From the NCBI GenBank assembly GCA_039180415.1, contig JBCDDH010000009.1, forward strand, positions 1-40,000: 40,000 nucleotides of DNA, written 5' to 3'. Shown piece after piece: positions 20,186 to 28,105 of this stretch. Made by a program: the position numbers and the translations under genes. Positions within the stretch are counted from its first letter, which is position 1; each line of letters begins with the position of its first letter. The notes under the pieces are model-generated. The model was given only the letters and a program-made list of their open reading frames with translations, had not been told where the DNA came from and did no database searches. The DNA comes from Planctomycetota bacterium. GTDB taxonomy: Bacteria > Planctomycetota > Phycisphaerae > Phycisphaerales > Phycisphaeraceae.

Positions 20186-20827
20186 TCAGGATTGCTTGCG
20201 TAAATTGTCGAGCACGCTTTCGACCTGCCGGTGGTTTTGGGCGGTGGTTTTAATGATGAGGTTGCCGTTGAGAGCCTTCACGGTGCTGCGCTGGCTTTCC
20301 CATTCTTCGGGGAAGCCGACGGATTCGGTAATGATCTGGATGATCTGCTCGGTCGGTCGATCTTGCGGGAACTCCGCTTGATCGCGGGCTAGGTCGCGGA
20401 TGTCGTAAACCCGGGCTTCGCCACCCGGCATGACCTCCCGAAACAGGTTCACCTCGAGAACACCGTCAGTCTCTTTGAGGGTGATCCGATCGAGCGGGCC
20501 GATGTCGGCGGGTTCCAGCGAACGCAACGCGACGAGCAAGACGAGTCGCCCGGGGATCGGGCCGCTCTGCAGCGTGACGGTTTCTTCTTTGGTGATTTCG
20601 AGCGTACGGAGGGCGGGCCAGTTGACGAACAGGGCGTCGACCGTCTTTTCGCGGAATTCGTCGACGACCTGTTCGAGGGTTGCCTCTTGGTAGTTCGGCG
20701 CGTAACGCGTCCATCCCAGTTCCGCCCGCTCGGGCTCGACCGCGGGTTCGGCTCGGGCCTGAAACGACAGGAGCGTCCCGGCGGCGAGGGTGATCACCAG
20801 GCCAAAGATGCGTGAAGCCGTACTCAT
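20186..20827 (-). CDS. Secreted protein inserted between sufB and sufC (secretin-N-like C-terminal module)
   Basis: ATG at complement of 20825-20827 gives MSTASRIFGLVITLAAGTLLSFQARAEP (signal peptide). ARVYDIRDLA...TEQIIQIITESVGFPEEWESQRSTVKALNGNLIIKTTAQNHRQVESVLDNLRK resembles the N-terminal modules of planctomycetal secretin-like proteins; this comes from memory and was not searched. Confidence 0.7.
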   Translation of the reverse strand: MSTASRIFGLVITLAAGTLLSFQARAEPAVEPERAELGWTRYAPNYQEATLEQVVDEFREKTVDALFVNWPALRTLEITKEETVTLQSGPIPGRLVLLVALRSLEPADIGPLDRITLKETDGVLEVNLFREVMPGGEARVYDIRDLARDQAEFPQDRPTEQIIQIITESVGFPEEWESQRSTVKALNGNLIIKTTAQNHRQVESVLDNLRKQS

Positions 20828-20874
20828 AGACACGTTCCTTTCGCGAGCGGGGACATAGGTCACAGCAAATGCGC

Positions 20875-22425
20875 TCAGCCCACGGAGCCTTCGAGGCTCA
20901 CGGCCAGCAGCTTGTTCGCCTCGACCGCGAACTCCATGGGTAGTTCGCTGAAGACTTCCTTGCAGAAGCCGTTGACCAGCAGACTCATCGCGTCTTCTTC
21001 GCTGATGCCGCGGGCGGTGCAGTAGAACAGCTGGTCCTCGGCGATCTTGGTGGTCGAGGCTTCGTGCTCGGCCGTGGCGGTGGTGTTGCGGACGTCGACG
21101 TAGGGGAACGTGTGGGCGCCGCACTGGTCGCCGATCAGGATCGAGTCGCATTGCGTGAAGTTGTGGGCCTTTTTGGCGGACTTCCGCATCTCGACCAGGC
21201 CGCGGTAGGTGTTGTGGCCCCGACCGGCGGAGATGCCCTTGGACACGATCGTGGAGGTCGTGTTCTTGCCGATGTGGATCATTTTGGTGCCGGTGTCGGC
21301 TTGTTGCTTGAGCGTGGTTAGGGCGACCGAATAAAACTCGCCTTTGGAGTGGTCGCCTTTCATGATCACGGACGGGTACTTCCACGTGATCGCGCTGCCG
21401 GTCTCGACCTGGGTCCACGAGATGTGGGCGTGATCCCCATTGCAAACCCCGCGTTTGGTGACGAAGTTGAAGATGCCACCCTTGCCGTCTTCGTCGCCGG
21501 GATACCAGTTTTGGATCGTCGAGTACTTGATCTTCGCGTCCTTCTCGGCGATCAGCTCGACCACCGCGGCGTGCAGCTGGTTTTCGTCGCGCTGCGGGGC
21601 GGTGCAGCCTTCGAGGTACGACACCTCCGCGCCTTCGTCGGCGATGATAAGGGTGCGCTCGAACTGCCCGGTGTTCCGCGCATTGATGCGGAAATAGGTG
21701 GACAGTTCCATCGGGCACTTGGTGTTTTTCGGGACGTACACGAACGAACCGTCGGAGAACACCGCGCTGTTGAGGCAGGCGTAGTAGTTGTCGGCATAGG
21801 GGACGACCGAGCCGAGGTACTTCTTGACCAGCTCGGGGTGATCGCGGACGGCCTCGCTGATCGAGCAGAAGATCACGCCCGCCTCGGCGAGCTGTTTCTG
21901 GAAGGTCGTCGCGACGGAGACGGAGTCGAATACCGCGTCGACCGCCACGGGCTTGCCGCCGACGGTCGCGGGGATTTCCGAGCCGTCGCCGCCTTCCTTC
22001 ACGCCGCGGGCGTCGAGCTCGGCGGCTTCCGCGGGGGACGCGTCGGTGATGCCGAGCAGCGCCTTGGTTTCGTTGAGCGAGATGCCGAGCTTCTCGTACG
22101 TCTCCAGCAACGCGGGGTCGACCTCGTCGAGCGACTTGGGGGCCTGCTTGGGCGCGGCGTAATAAGAGATCGACTGGAGGTCGGGCTGCTCGTAGCCGTA
22201 GGGCAGGAATTGCCAAGTCGGCGGGTTCATCTTCTGGTGGTGCCGCAGAGCCTTGAGCCGCCAGTCAAGCATCCAGTCGGGCTCGCCCTTCTTGGCCGAG
22301 ATGAAGCGGACGGTGTCGTCGTTCAGCCCGGGCGGGGCGAACTCCTGCTCGATGTCGGTGGTCCACCCGTACTTGTATTCGCGCCGCTCTTCGGTCATCG
22401 CGGCGACTTCGGCGGTGGTGGTCAT
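20875..22425 (-). CDS. sufB: Fe-S cluster assembly protein SufB
   Basis: [43 protein letters not shown]..., ...[16 protein letters not shown]..., [27 protein letters not shown]. 516 aa. Confidence 0.95.
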   Translation of the reverse strand: MTTTAEVAAMTEERREYKYGWTTDIEQEFAPPGLNDDTVRFISAKKGEPDWMLDWRLKALRHHQKMNPPTWQFLPYGYEQPDLQSISYYAAPKQAPKSLDEVDPALLETYEKLGISLNETKALLGITDASPAEAAELDARGVKEGGDGSEIPATVGGKPVAVDAVFDSVSVATTFQKQLAEAGVIFCSISEAVRDHPELVKKYLGSVVPYADNYYACLNSAVFSDGSFVYVPKNTKCPMELSTYFRINARNTGQFERTLIIADEGAEVSYLEGCTAPQRDENQLHAAVVELIAEKDAKIKYSTIQNWYPGDEDGKGGIFNFVTKRGVCNGDHAHISWTQVETGSAITWKYPSVIMKGDHSKGEFYSVALTTLKQQADTGTKMIHIGKNTTSTIVSKGISAGRGHNTYRGLVEMRKSAKKAHNFTQCDSILIGDQCGAHTFPYVDVRNTTATAEHEASTTKIAEDQLFYCTARGISEEDAMSLLVNGFCKEVFSELPMEFAVEANKLLAVSLEGSVG

Positions 22426-22733
22426 GGGCTTGTCGGCCTTAGCTAGCTAGGGTTCAAGGAACAGGGATCGGCTCACGAAACCCGTCCAAGTTCGGGCGAT
22501 TCGTGTCGTTTTTTGGCGTCCGCACGACCGATTCGGGCATCAAAGCGTCCAAAACGTTCACGTGCGGTTCGCAGCGCAGTGTAGACCTATTCGGAAGCCT
22601 TGACTACTATTCTGCGAACGAATTTCATCGCGGGATTCGCCGATCCTTTGATCGTCGATCGCCGAAATGATCAAGGCTCCGCACGGGTTGTTTTATACAG
22701 TCCGATCCCCGTTCCCCGAACCCCAGACCGACC

Positions 22734-23066
22734 ATGCCCATCGCCCTCTCCGAAACCGCCGCCAAGGAAATCAAGAACATCATCGAGCAGCAGGAACTCG
22801 ATCGCGAGAACGTCCGCCTCCGTGTCGGCGTCAAGGGCGGCGGCTGCTCGGGTTTCTCCTACCTGCTGGACCTGACCGAGACGCACCGCGACAACGACGA
22901 AGAGTTTGAGATCCACGGCATCAAGGTCGTTTGCGACCCCAAGTCGTACCTGTATCTCAACGGCACGAACGTCGATTTCAAAGACGAGGTGATGGGCCGG
23001 GGCTTCGTGTTCAACAACCCCAATGCGACGAGCACGTGCGGGTGTGGTTCGTCTTTTAGCGCTTAA
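22734..23066 (+). CDS. erpA: A-type iron-sulfur carrier (ErpA/IscA/HesB family)
   Basis: LRVGVKGGGCSGFSY and the C-terminal NPNATSTCGCGSSFSA motif. 110 aa. Confidence 0.92.
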   Translation: MPIALSETAAKEIKNIIEQQELDRENVRLRVGVKGGGCSGFSYLLDLTETHRDNDEEFEIHGIKVVCDPKSYLYLNGTNVDFKDEVMGRGFVFNNPNATSTCGCGSSFSA

Positions 23067-23093
23067 GCAACGCGATCCAGGCATAACCATCGG

Positions 23094-23130
23094 AAGCCCG
23101 CGTTCGTTGACGCGGGCTTTTCCTGCTTTC
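23094..23130 (+). terminator. Rho-independent-type terminator after the erpA-like gene
   Basis: 9-bp stem AAGCCCGCG (23094-23102) / CGCGGGCTT (23111-23119) with an 8-nt loop, followed by TTCCTGCTTTC. Confidence 0.6.
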
Positions 23131-23162
23131 GCGGGGTCGCCCGCCTCGATACAAAAGCGGGC

Positions 23163-23975
23163 GTGAAACTCTGGCCCCATCACGAACGGGCGATCGCGTC
23201 GTTGATCGGTGAATTATCAGAGGGAACCGACGCGCTCGCGCTCATCCTCGGCGGATCGCTGGCCCGCGGTTGGGGTTCGCCGACCAGCGACCTCGACGGG
23301 CACCTGCTGATCGCCGAGTCGGCGATGGAGCGCCATGTCGCAAACGGGCAATACGTTTTTGTTCCCCAGCGCAACCACTGCGACTACGACGGCGGGTATG
23401 TCGATCTGAAATTGGTGTCGCATGCGCTGCTGGAAGACGCGGCGGCCCGGGCGAGCGAGCCGTTCCGAAACGCTTACGTCGGCGTCGAAGTCGTCTGGGC
23501 ACGCGACGGCGTGGACGCCGACGGCTTGCGTTCGCTGATGGCCCGGATCGCGACGTATCCGGAAGCCGACCACGCCGAGAAGGTGATGCTGTTGGCGAGC
23601 CACCTGCGGGGGATGCACTGGTACGTCGCTGAGGCCGACAAACGCGACGACCGGTACCTGATGCTGTGGTGCGCCCAGCGGACGGCGCTGCTGGCGGCGC
23701 GGCTGGTGCTGGCCGAGAATCGGATGCTGTATCCGTTTCACAAGTGGCTCATGCGGTCGGTGCGCGAGTTGCCTCAGAAGCCGGCGGGCTTGCTCGACGC
23801 CATCGACGCCGCGCTGGCGACGCCGAGCGCCGCGACCGTGCGGGCGTTGGCGGAGTTGGTGGACGGTTGGCGCGACTGGGGCGCCCCGGACGCGTGGTGG
23901 AACCCGTGGCTTTCGCGGACCGAGTGGGCCTGGCGGATCCGCGGGGAAGGGGCGATGGGGATCGACGAGGTGTGA
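23163..23975 (+). CDS. Nucleotidyltransferase-fold protein with C-terminal helical domain
   Basis: GTG start. LILGGSLARGWGSPTSDLDGHLL is a minimal-NTase G-S...D-x-D motif. The helical C-terminal half contains RMLYPFH (R-x5-H). Confidence 0.75.
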   Translation: MKLWPHHERAIASLIGELSEGTDALALILGGSLARGWGSPTSDLDGHLLIAESAMERHVANGQYVFVPQRNHCDYDGGYVDLKLVSHALLEDAAARASEPFRNAYVGVEVVWARDGVDADGLRSLMARIATYPEADHAEKVMLLASHLRGMHWYVAEADKRDDRYLMLWCAQRTALLAARLVLAENRMLYPFHKWLMRSVRELPQKPAGLLDAIDAALATPSAATVRALAELVDGWRDWGAPDAWWNPWLSRTEWAWRIRGEGAMGIDEV

Positions 23976-24013
23976 GCGGACGAGAGGATCAGGCGGCTGG
24001 GCCGTAGGTGCGT

Positions 24014-25159
24014 TCATCCTTCCGTCTTGTGATTCAGCAGCCAGGCCGTGATCGCCTCGAAGTCGAAGTCGTTCTCGGGAAAGTCGCGGATCGTGGTCCG
24101 AGCTCCGCTGCCCAACGCCAGTAAGACCACACGGCCTTGCCCGATCTGGCCGACGACCATCACGGGCATCTGACCGGTCGGCGGGTCGGCGGTCCGCGGT
24201 TGGCCGTTATGGTCGGTGACGGGCACGGTCTGGGGTCGGTGGATTAGCAGCACCGCGGAGGCGACGGGCTCGAAAATCCAGGCGCAGGTGAAGGCATACA
24301 CGGTTTGGCCGGGCGAAAACCCCGGGATGGTCGGATGCGTCGCCAGCACGTCCGCTTCGACTAGTCTCCGCTCGTCCAGCCAGCCTCCTCCTTCGTGGTT
24401 GTGGTGGGAGCCGAGGGGTGTCGGCCGGGCGAGGTTGATTCGCATGACCAGCGGGTGATCGACCCCCGGCCGGTTGCCGCCGGTGAAGTCGTTGGTGTAC
24501 ATCGGCACGCCGGACTCGATCGCGGCGACGAGCGGCGCGAGCACGTCTTCGCGGATGTTGGTGTGGTGGCCCAGGTAGATCAGGTCTAGGCCGGCCCACG
24601 CCTCGGGGTCGGTCGCCGAGACCATCGGCCGATCGGCCAGCCCGCGGTTGACCAATGCCGCGGGGTCGTTTTCGGTGCCCGGCTCGACCAGCAGCACCAC
24701 CTCGTACCGAGGCCCAGCAAGGTGCACCTCGGCCATCCCCAATTGGCGGAAGTAGCCCGGGATCACCGTCTGGTCGGGGTCGATCGACGTCGTCGCCGCC
24801 GTCTGGCTGACCAGCACCCCGACCCGGATCGTCTCCCCGAGCGGGGCGGCAGCGGCGTTGGGGTTGGTCCCGGCGAACCGCGACGGGGACAAGACGGCTA
24901 CCCCTTGCCACACCGCGAAGGTGATGCCGCCGGTAAACACGCCGATCGCGAGCAACAGTTTGAGACCCGAGCCGGTCGCGAGCGCCGCGAGCCCGCCGCC
25001 GGTCGACAACGGCACCCCGCTGACGCCGATGGTCTTCAGCGTGCCGGTCAGCACGACCGGCACCGTCGCCGCCGACGCCGCCTGCTCCAGGCCCACCGTC
25101 AACGCCGCCGCGGTCACCTCTACGCTCCGCCGCCGCAGCACGGTCCGCAACGCGTCCAC
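24014..25159 (-). CDS. Membrane-anchored sensor/anti-sigma-like protein, in frame with the upstream ECF sigma
   Basis: GTG at complement of 25157-25159. One TM (LKLLLAIGVFTGGITFAVWQGVAV), then an extracytoplasmic alpha/beta-looking domain (IRVGVLV..., YEVVLLVEPG, LDLIYLGHHTNIREDVLAPLVAAIESGVPMY). Same reading frame as the sigma gene, separated from it by TAG plus one codon. Confidence 0.7.
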   Translation of the reverse strand: MDALRTVLRRRSVEVTAAALTVGLEQAASAATVPVVLTGTLKTIGVSGVPLSTGGGLAALATGSGLKLLLAIGVFTGGITFAVWQGVAVLSPSRFAGTNPNAAAAPLGETIRVGVLVSQTAATTSIDPDQTVIPGYFRQLGMAEVHLAGPRYEVVLLVEPGTENDPAALVNRGLADRPMVSATDPEAWAGLDLIYLGHHTNIREDVLAPLVAAIESGVPMYTNDFTGGNRPGVDHPLVMRINLARPTPLGSHHNHEGGGWLDERRLVEADVLATHPTIPGFSPGQTVYAFTCAWIFEPVASAVLLIHRPQTVPVTDHNGQPRTADPPTGQMPVMVVGQIGQGRVVLLALGSGARTTIRDFPENDFDFEAITAWLLNHKTEG

Positions 25160-25162
25160 CGC

Positions 25163-25639
25163 CTAGGCCGAACGCCGGCTCATGGTCGGGACGCTGGTGC
25201 CGTGCCGACTCGCCAACTGCTGAAGCGTTTGGCTCCGCAGATAGCGGTCGACGATCAATGCGCGGTGGGCCTCGTCCAGCTCCAGCATCGCCTCGTCGAC
25301 CAGGGGTTGCAGTTCTGCCCAACGGGTCGCCTCGGTGCCCCGTTGAAGCCGGGCCCACTCCCGGGCGCGCCGGTCCTGGGAGTCGCGCCGCCGGATCCGG
25401 TCGAGGCAAGTGGTCGTCGCGGTCCGCTGAAGCCATCCCCCCAGGCTGGACTGGATCGCCTCGGCGTGCCGGGCCAGCTTGAGGAACGTGTCCTGTGCCG
25501 CGTCCTCGGCGTCCGTCGCGTTACGCAGCGTCCGCAGGCAGACGCCGTAAACCATCTCTTGGTAGCGGTCCACCAGCAACGCAAACGCGTCGGGGTCTCG
25601 GTGTTTCTGGTATCGCCGCAGCGCCGTGTTGTCCGTCAT
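25163..25639 (-). CDS. ECF-type RNA polymerase sigma-70 factor (region 4.2 cut short by TAG)
   Basis: Region 2: DAFALLVDRYQEMVYGVCLRTLRNATDAEDAAQDTFLKL. Region 4: ALIVDRYLRSQTLQQLASRHGTSVPTMSRRSA-stop. GGGAGAG lies 5 nt upstream of the ATG at complement of 25637-25639; alternative starts at 25660 and 25663. Confidence 0.85.
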   Translation of the reverse strand: MTDNTALRRYQKHRDPDAFALLVDRYQEMVYGVCLRTLRNATDAEDAAQDTFLKLARHAEAIQSSLGGWLQRTATTTCLDRIRRRDSQDRRAREWARLQRGTEATRWAELQPLVDEAMLELDEAHRALIVDRYLRSQTLQQLASRHGTSVPTMSRRSA

Positions 25640-25678
25640 CGAAGCTCTCCCGGTGTGCATCACCCCCTCGCAGGACGC

Positions 25679-25703
25679 ACGCCCGGGGCAGATTTTTCAT
25701 TCC
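25679..25703 (-). promoter_or_regulatory. Candidate ECF-type promoter (GGAAT-N17-CGT) upstream of the sigma gene
   Basis: The minus strand reads GGAATgaaaaatctgccccgggCGTGCG about 40 nt upstream of the ATG. This resembles the GGAAC-N16/17-CGT pattern of autoregulated ECF promoters. Motif match only. Confidence 0.3.
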
Positions 25704-25787
25704 GACATAATCCTGGGCAAACGCGGCTTCGACCGGGCCCGCGCCGCTCTTCGCGGAGCGATCACACCGTCACCGAAAGCCCTGCGC

Positions 25788-25932
25788 GCCGAGCGCCGCG
25801 ACGGTGCACGCATTGACGGAGGGTTGGCGTGATTGGGGTACCCGGGACGCGTGGGGGAACCCGTGGCTGTCGGGTACTCAGTGAGCGTGGCGGACCCGCG
25901 GGTCAGGGGCAATGGGGATTGGCGAGGTGTGA
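25788..25932 (+). pseudogene. Decayed duplicate of the 3' end of the nucleotidyltransferase gene
   Basis: 25818-25932 aligns without gaps to 23861-23975 (the last 115 nt of the NTase gene including GAGGTGTGA), with about 95 of 115 positions identical by hand count. Weaker similarity with a 9-nt deletion extends upstream to 25788 (vs 23822), possibly to about 25745. The copy has an in-frame TGA (...WLSGTQ*) and no 5' part. Confidence 0.75.
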
Positions 25933-25991
25933 GTCGATTGCGTTTTCATTCGGCCGCGGTCTTCAGTGAAGATCGAGCGTAAGCCATTGCA

Positions 25992-26717
25992 TCAATTTCG
26001 CAGCCCCCTGGCCGGGTAGCACCGCCATGCGATAAGCGCGAGAATGCTCGGCACGAACAATGCGGATAAAGACTGTGAGACCGCCTGCCAACGGACAACG
26101 GTTTCTAATTCTTTGACGCTCCCGAAGCTGAGGAGCAACGCGTTCACAAAGGGGGCGAACAAGGTCAGTAAGACCGTAGCGCCGATGAGGCCGCTGAATA
26201 AAACCAGAGGGCGGGCGATGATCCATCGGTTGATGGCGGATAAACCCGAGAACGTTCGGCCCCGACTCAACCGCCAAACGCCGGCGACCAAGGTGATCCA
26301 CACCACGCCGTATGCGGCGACCAGGCCGAACGAGACGAGCGACGGAGCGAGGGCTTTTTCTGCCATCAACCAGAACGACAAGGGCCCGAGCACCGAAAGC
26401 ATTGCCTTCGGGAGAATCCAGAGGGCGAACATACCCAGCACCATCCAGACGATCCGGCGTTGCCATGCTCGGCCAGGTTCCGCTTCGAGGTAGGCGCGCT
26501 GCAAGTCTGATGGAGCGCCAACACGGCGTGCCGCGATCAGCACGCGTTCCCAAGGATCGAGGCCGTGTTCGGGGATCTTCTCCAATTCGGTTTCCAGGTG
26601 ATCCTGCAATTCGTCGAGTTGATCGGGCGCGATCGCGTCTTCCTGAGCGAGGCGGTCTCGCCATCGGCGGACGAGGGTGTCGAGGTGGGACGTGGGTGGG
26701 TTGGTTGATTCAAGCAT
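25992..26717 (-). CDS. PadR-associated membrane protein, paralog 1 (N-terminal helical prefix domain plus about 4-5 TM)
   Basis: ATG at complement of 26715-26717 gives MLESTNPPTSHLDTLVRRWRDRLAQEDAIAPDQLDELQDHLETELEKIPEHGLDPWERVLIAARRVGAPSDLQRAYLE, followed by hydrophobic helices. The N-terminal domain is shared with the four ORFs upstream. Confidence 0.75.
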   Translation of the reverse strand: MLESTNPPTSHLDTLVRRWRDRLAQEDAIAPDQLDELQDHLETELEKIPEHGLDPWERVLIAARRVGAPSDLQRAYLEAEPGRAWQRRIVWMVLGMFALWILPKAMLSVLGPLSFWLMAEKALAPSLVSFGLVAAYGVVWITLVAGVWRLSRGRTFSGLSAINRWIIARPLVLFSGLIGATVLLTLFAPFVNALLLSFGSVKELETVVRWQAVSQSLSALFVPSILALIAWRCYPARGLRN

Positions 26718-26736
26718 GATTGGTTTCTCTGTTTCT

Positions 26737-27216
26737 TCAGGCGAGCCGTCGTTGGCGTTGGACGAGTTTCCAGGCGGCGAAGGTGCCCGCGGACAAGACG
26801 GCGAGCATGGCCAACGCCTGCGGGAAACCGCGGATGGCGTCCTGGATGGCGTCGCCGGTCGGCCCGAACCAATCGTCGAGTTCTCGTTCAAATTCCCACG
26901 CGCCGTGGCCGGCGAACAAGGCCAAGACCGGGGTGCCCAACAGGATCGCGGCGAACATGAGCTTGGCCGGAACGGAGACTTGCAGGCTTGTGGCGTGCGA
27001 CGCGGGCAGCAGCGGTTGGCCGAGCCGATCGGCGGCGACGACGACACGCTCCCGCGGGCTGAGCGACGTGTCGTTGAGGTTCTGGAGTTCGCTGCGCAGG
27101 TGGTCTTCCAGTTCGTCCCGGCGGTCTTGGGGCAGCCGGCGGAGTTGTTCGGACCATTGCCGGATCAGCGCTTCGGCGGGGTCGGTGGCGGGCGTGGAGG
27201 AAGTTTCGTGCGGCAT
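26737..27216 (-). CDS. PadR-associated membrane protein, paralog 2 (prefix domain plus 2 TM)
   Basis: ATG at complement of 27214-27216 gives MPHETSSTPATDPAEALIRQWSEQLRRLPQDRRDELEDHLRSELQNLNDTSLSPRERVVVAADRLGQP, then LMFAAILLGTPVLALFAG and ALAMLAVLSAGTFAAW. Confidence 0.7.
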   Translation of the reverse strand: MPHETSSTPATDPAEALIRQWSEQLRRLPQDRRDELEDHLRSELQNLNDTSLSPRERVVVAADRLGQPLLPASHATSLQVSVPAKLMFAAILLGTPVLALFAGHGAWEFERELDDWFGPTGDAIQDAIRGFPQALAMLAVLSAGTFAAWKLVQRQRRLA

Positions 27217-27332
27217 CGTGCGAGCTTTCTTTGGAGAAACAAGGGGCAAGAATCGTTGGGTCACTTATCGATCGGTGTTCGTTCGTTGGGTAGATGGCTT
27301 GATCTTTGGTTGCTTCGGTCGTCTTGAGGGCG

Positions 27333-28025
27333 TCACATACCGACCTGCCGGTGGTTGAGGCGATGGATCACGACGGCTTGTACGAACAGGCCGGTTCCGG
27401 CGAGCGCCGCCAAGCCAATAGCCGCGGCGGTGAACTTGAAAATGAATTTCGCGTTGCTTGGGCTAGCTGGCGAGTCGAACAGGTTGGCCCAGATCATCAA
27501 CCCTGCGAAAGCGTGGAGCAGGACGCCCAACAGCCCGGCGAGGTAGACCGACGCCCGGCCGTAGACCAGGAGGCTGAGCATTGTCATCGGGATGAGCAAC
27601 ATCAGGGCGACTTCGATCACGTCGATCGGCCATGAGCCCTGAGCCGACATCACGCTGCGGGTGCCGCCCCAAACGAAGCCGGGGGCCACGACGGCCACCG
27701 CTGTGAACGGAATCACCAACAGGGCGCCGATCAACGTGACGTTTCCCATCGCGATCGTGAGGTGCAATACGTTGAGCGGTGACCATGACCACCGCCGCTT
27801 TGAGGCGCGGGTCTTGCGGTATTCGGTCGCGAGACGCGTGGTTTCCCCAAGTTGCTCGGCCGCGATTTGGAACGCGGCAAGTTCGGTCTGACCTTGGCGC
27901 AGCTCTGCCGCGATGGCGTCACGGAGGTGGCTCTCCAACTCGTCGATCTCATGGCGGGTCAACACATTGTGTTGCTCCAGGTTGCGCCGCCACCGCCGGA
28001 TGTGACTGTTTATGTCGTCGGGCAT
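27333..28025 (-). CDS. PadR-associated membrane protein, paralog 3 (prefix domain plus about 4 TM)
   Basis: ATG at complement of 28023-28025 gives MPDDINSHIRRWRRNLEQHNVLTRHEIDELESHLRDAIAAELRQGQTELAAFQIAAEQLGETTRLATEY, then four hydrophobic helices. Confidence 0.75.
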   Translation of the reverse strand: MPDDINSHIRRWRRNLEQHNVLTRHEIDELESHLRDAIAAELRQGQTELAAFQIAAEQLGETTRLATEYRKTRASKRRWSWSPLNVLHLTIAMGNVTLIGALLVIPFTAVAVVAPGFVWGGTRSVMSAQGSWPIDVIEVALMLLIPMTMLSLLVYGRASVYLAGLLGVLLHAFAGLMIWANLFDSPASPSNAKFIFKFTAAAIGLAALAGTGLFVQAVVIHRLNHRQVGM

Positions 28026-28105
28026 GGCTTGAGTCCCAAGGGGTTGGCGAGGGTGTTGTCGACGGCGAGCCGGTCGCGGCGTTGCTTGGGCCGTGGCTGG
28101 ATTGA
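28026..28105 (-). pseudogene. Relic of a PadR gene 3' end (between paralogs 4 and 3)
   Basis: The minus strand translates KQRRDRLAVDNTLANPLGLKPCPTT*, compared with the intact PadR tail QEQRRDWLAVHNTLADLWGIKPCPTT*. As in the intact pair, the relic tail overlaps the MPDDIN start of the next gene. No PadR N-terminal part remains. Confidence 0.75.

Noticed and set aside
16044-22446. Long antisense or out-of-frame ORFs over the suf cluster (16044..17555+, 16144..17397-, 18073..19449+, 18737..20164+, 21349..22446+, and the upstream part of 20186..22216-)
   Set aside because: They overlap the strongly supported sufS, sufD, sufC and sufB genes and have Arg/Gly/Val-rich low-complexity composition. 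Only the last 213 codons of 20186..22216 (from ATG 20827) look real.
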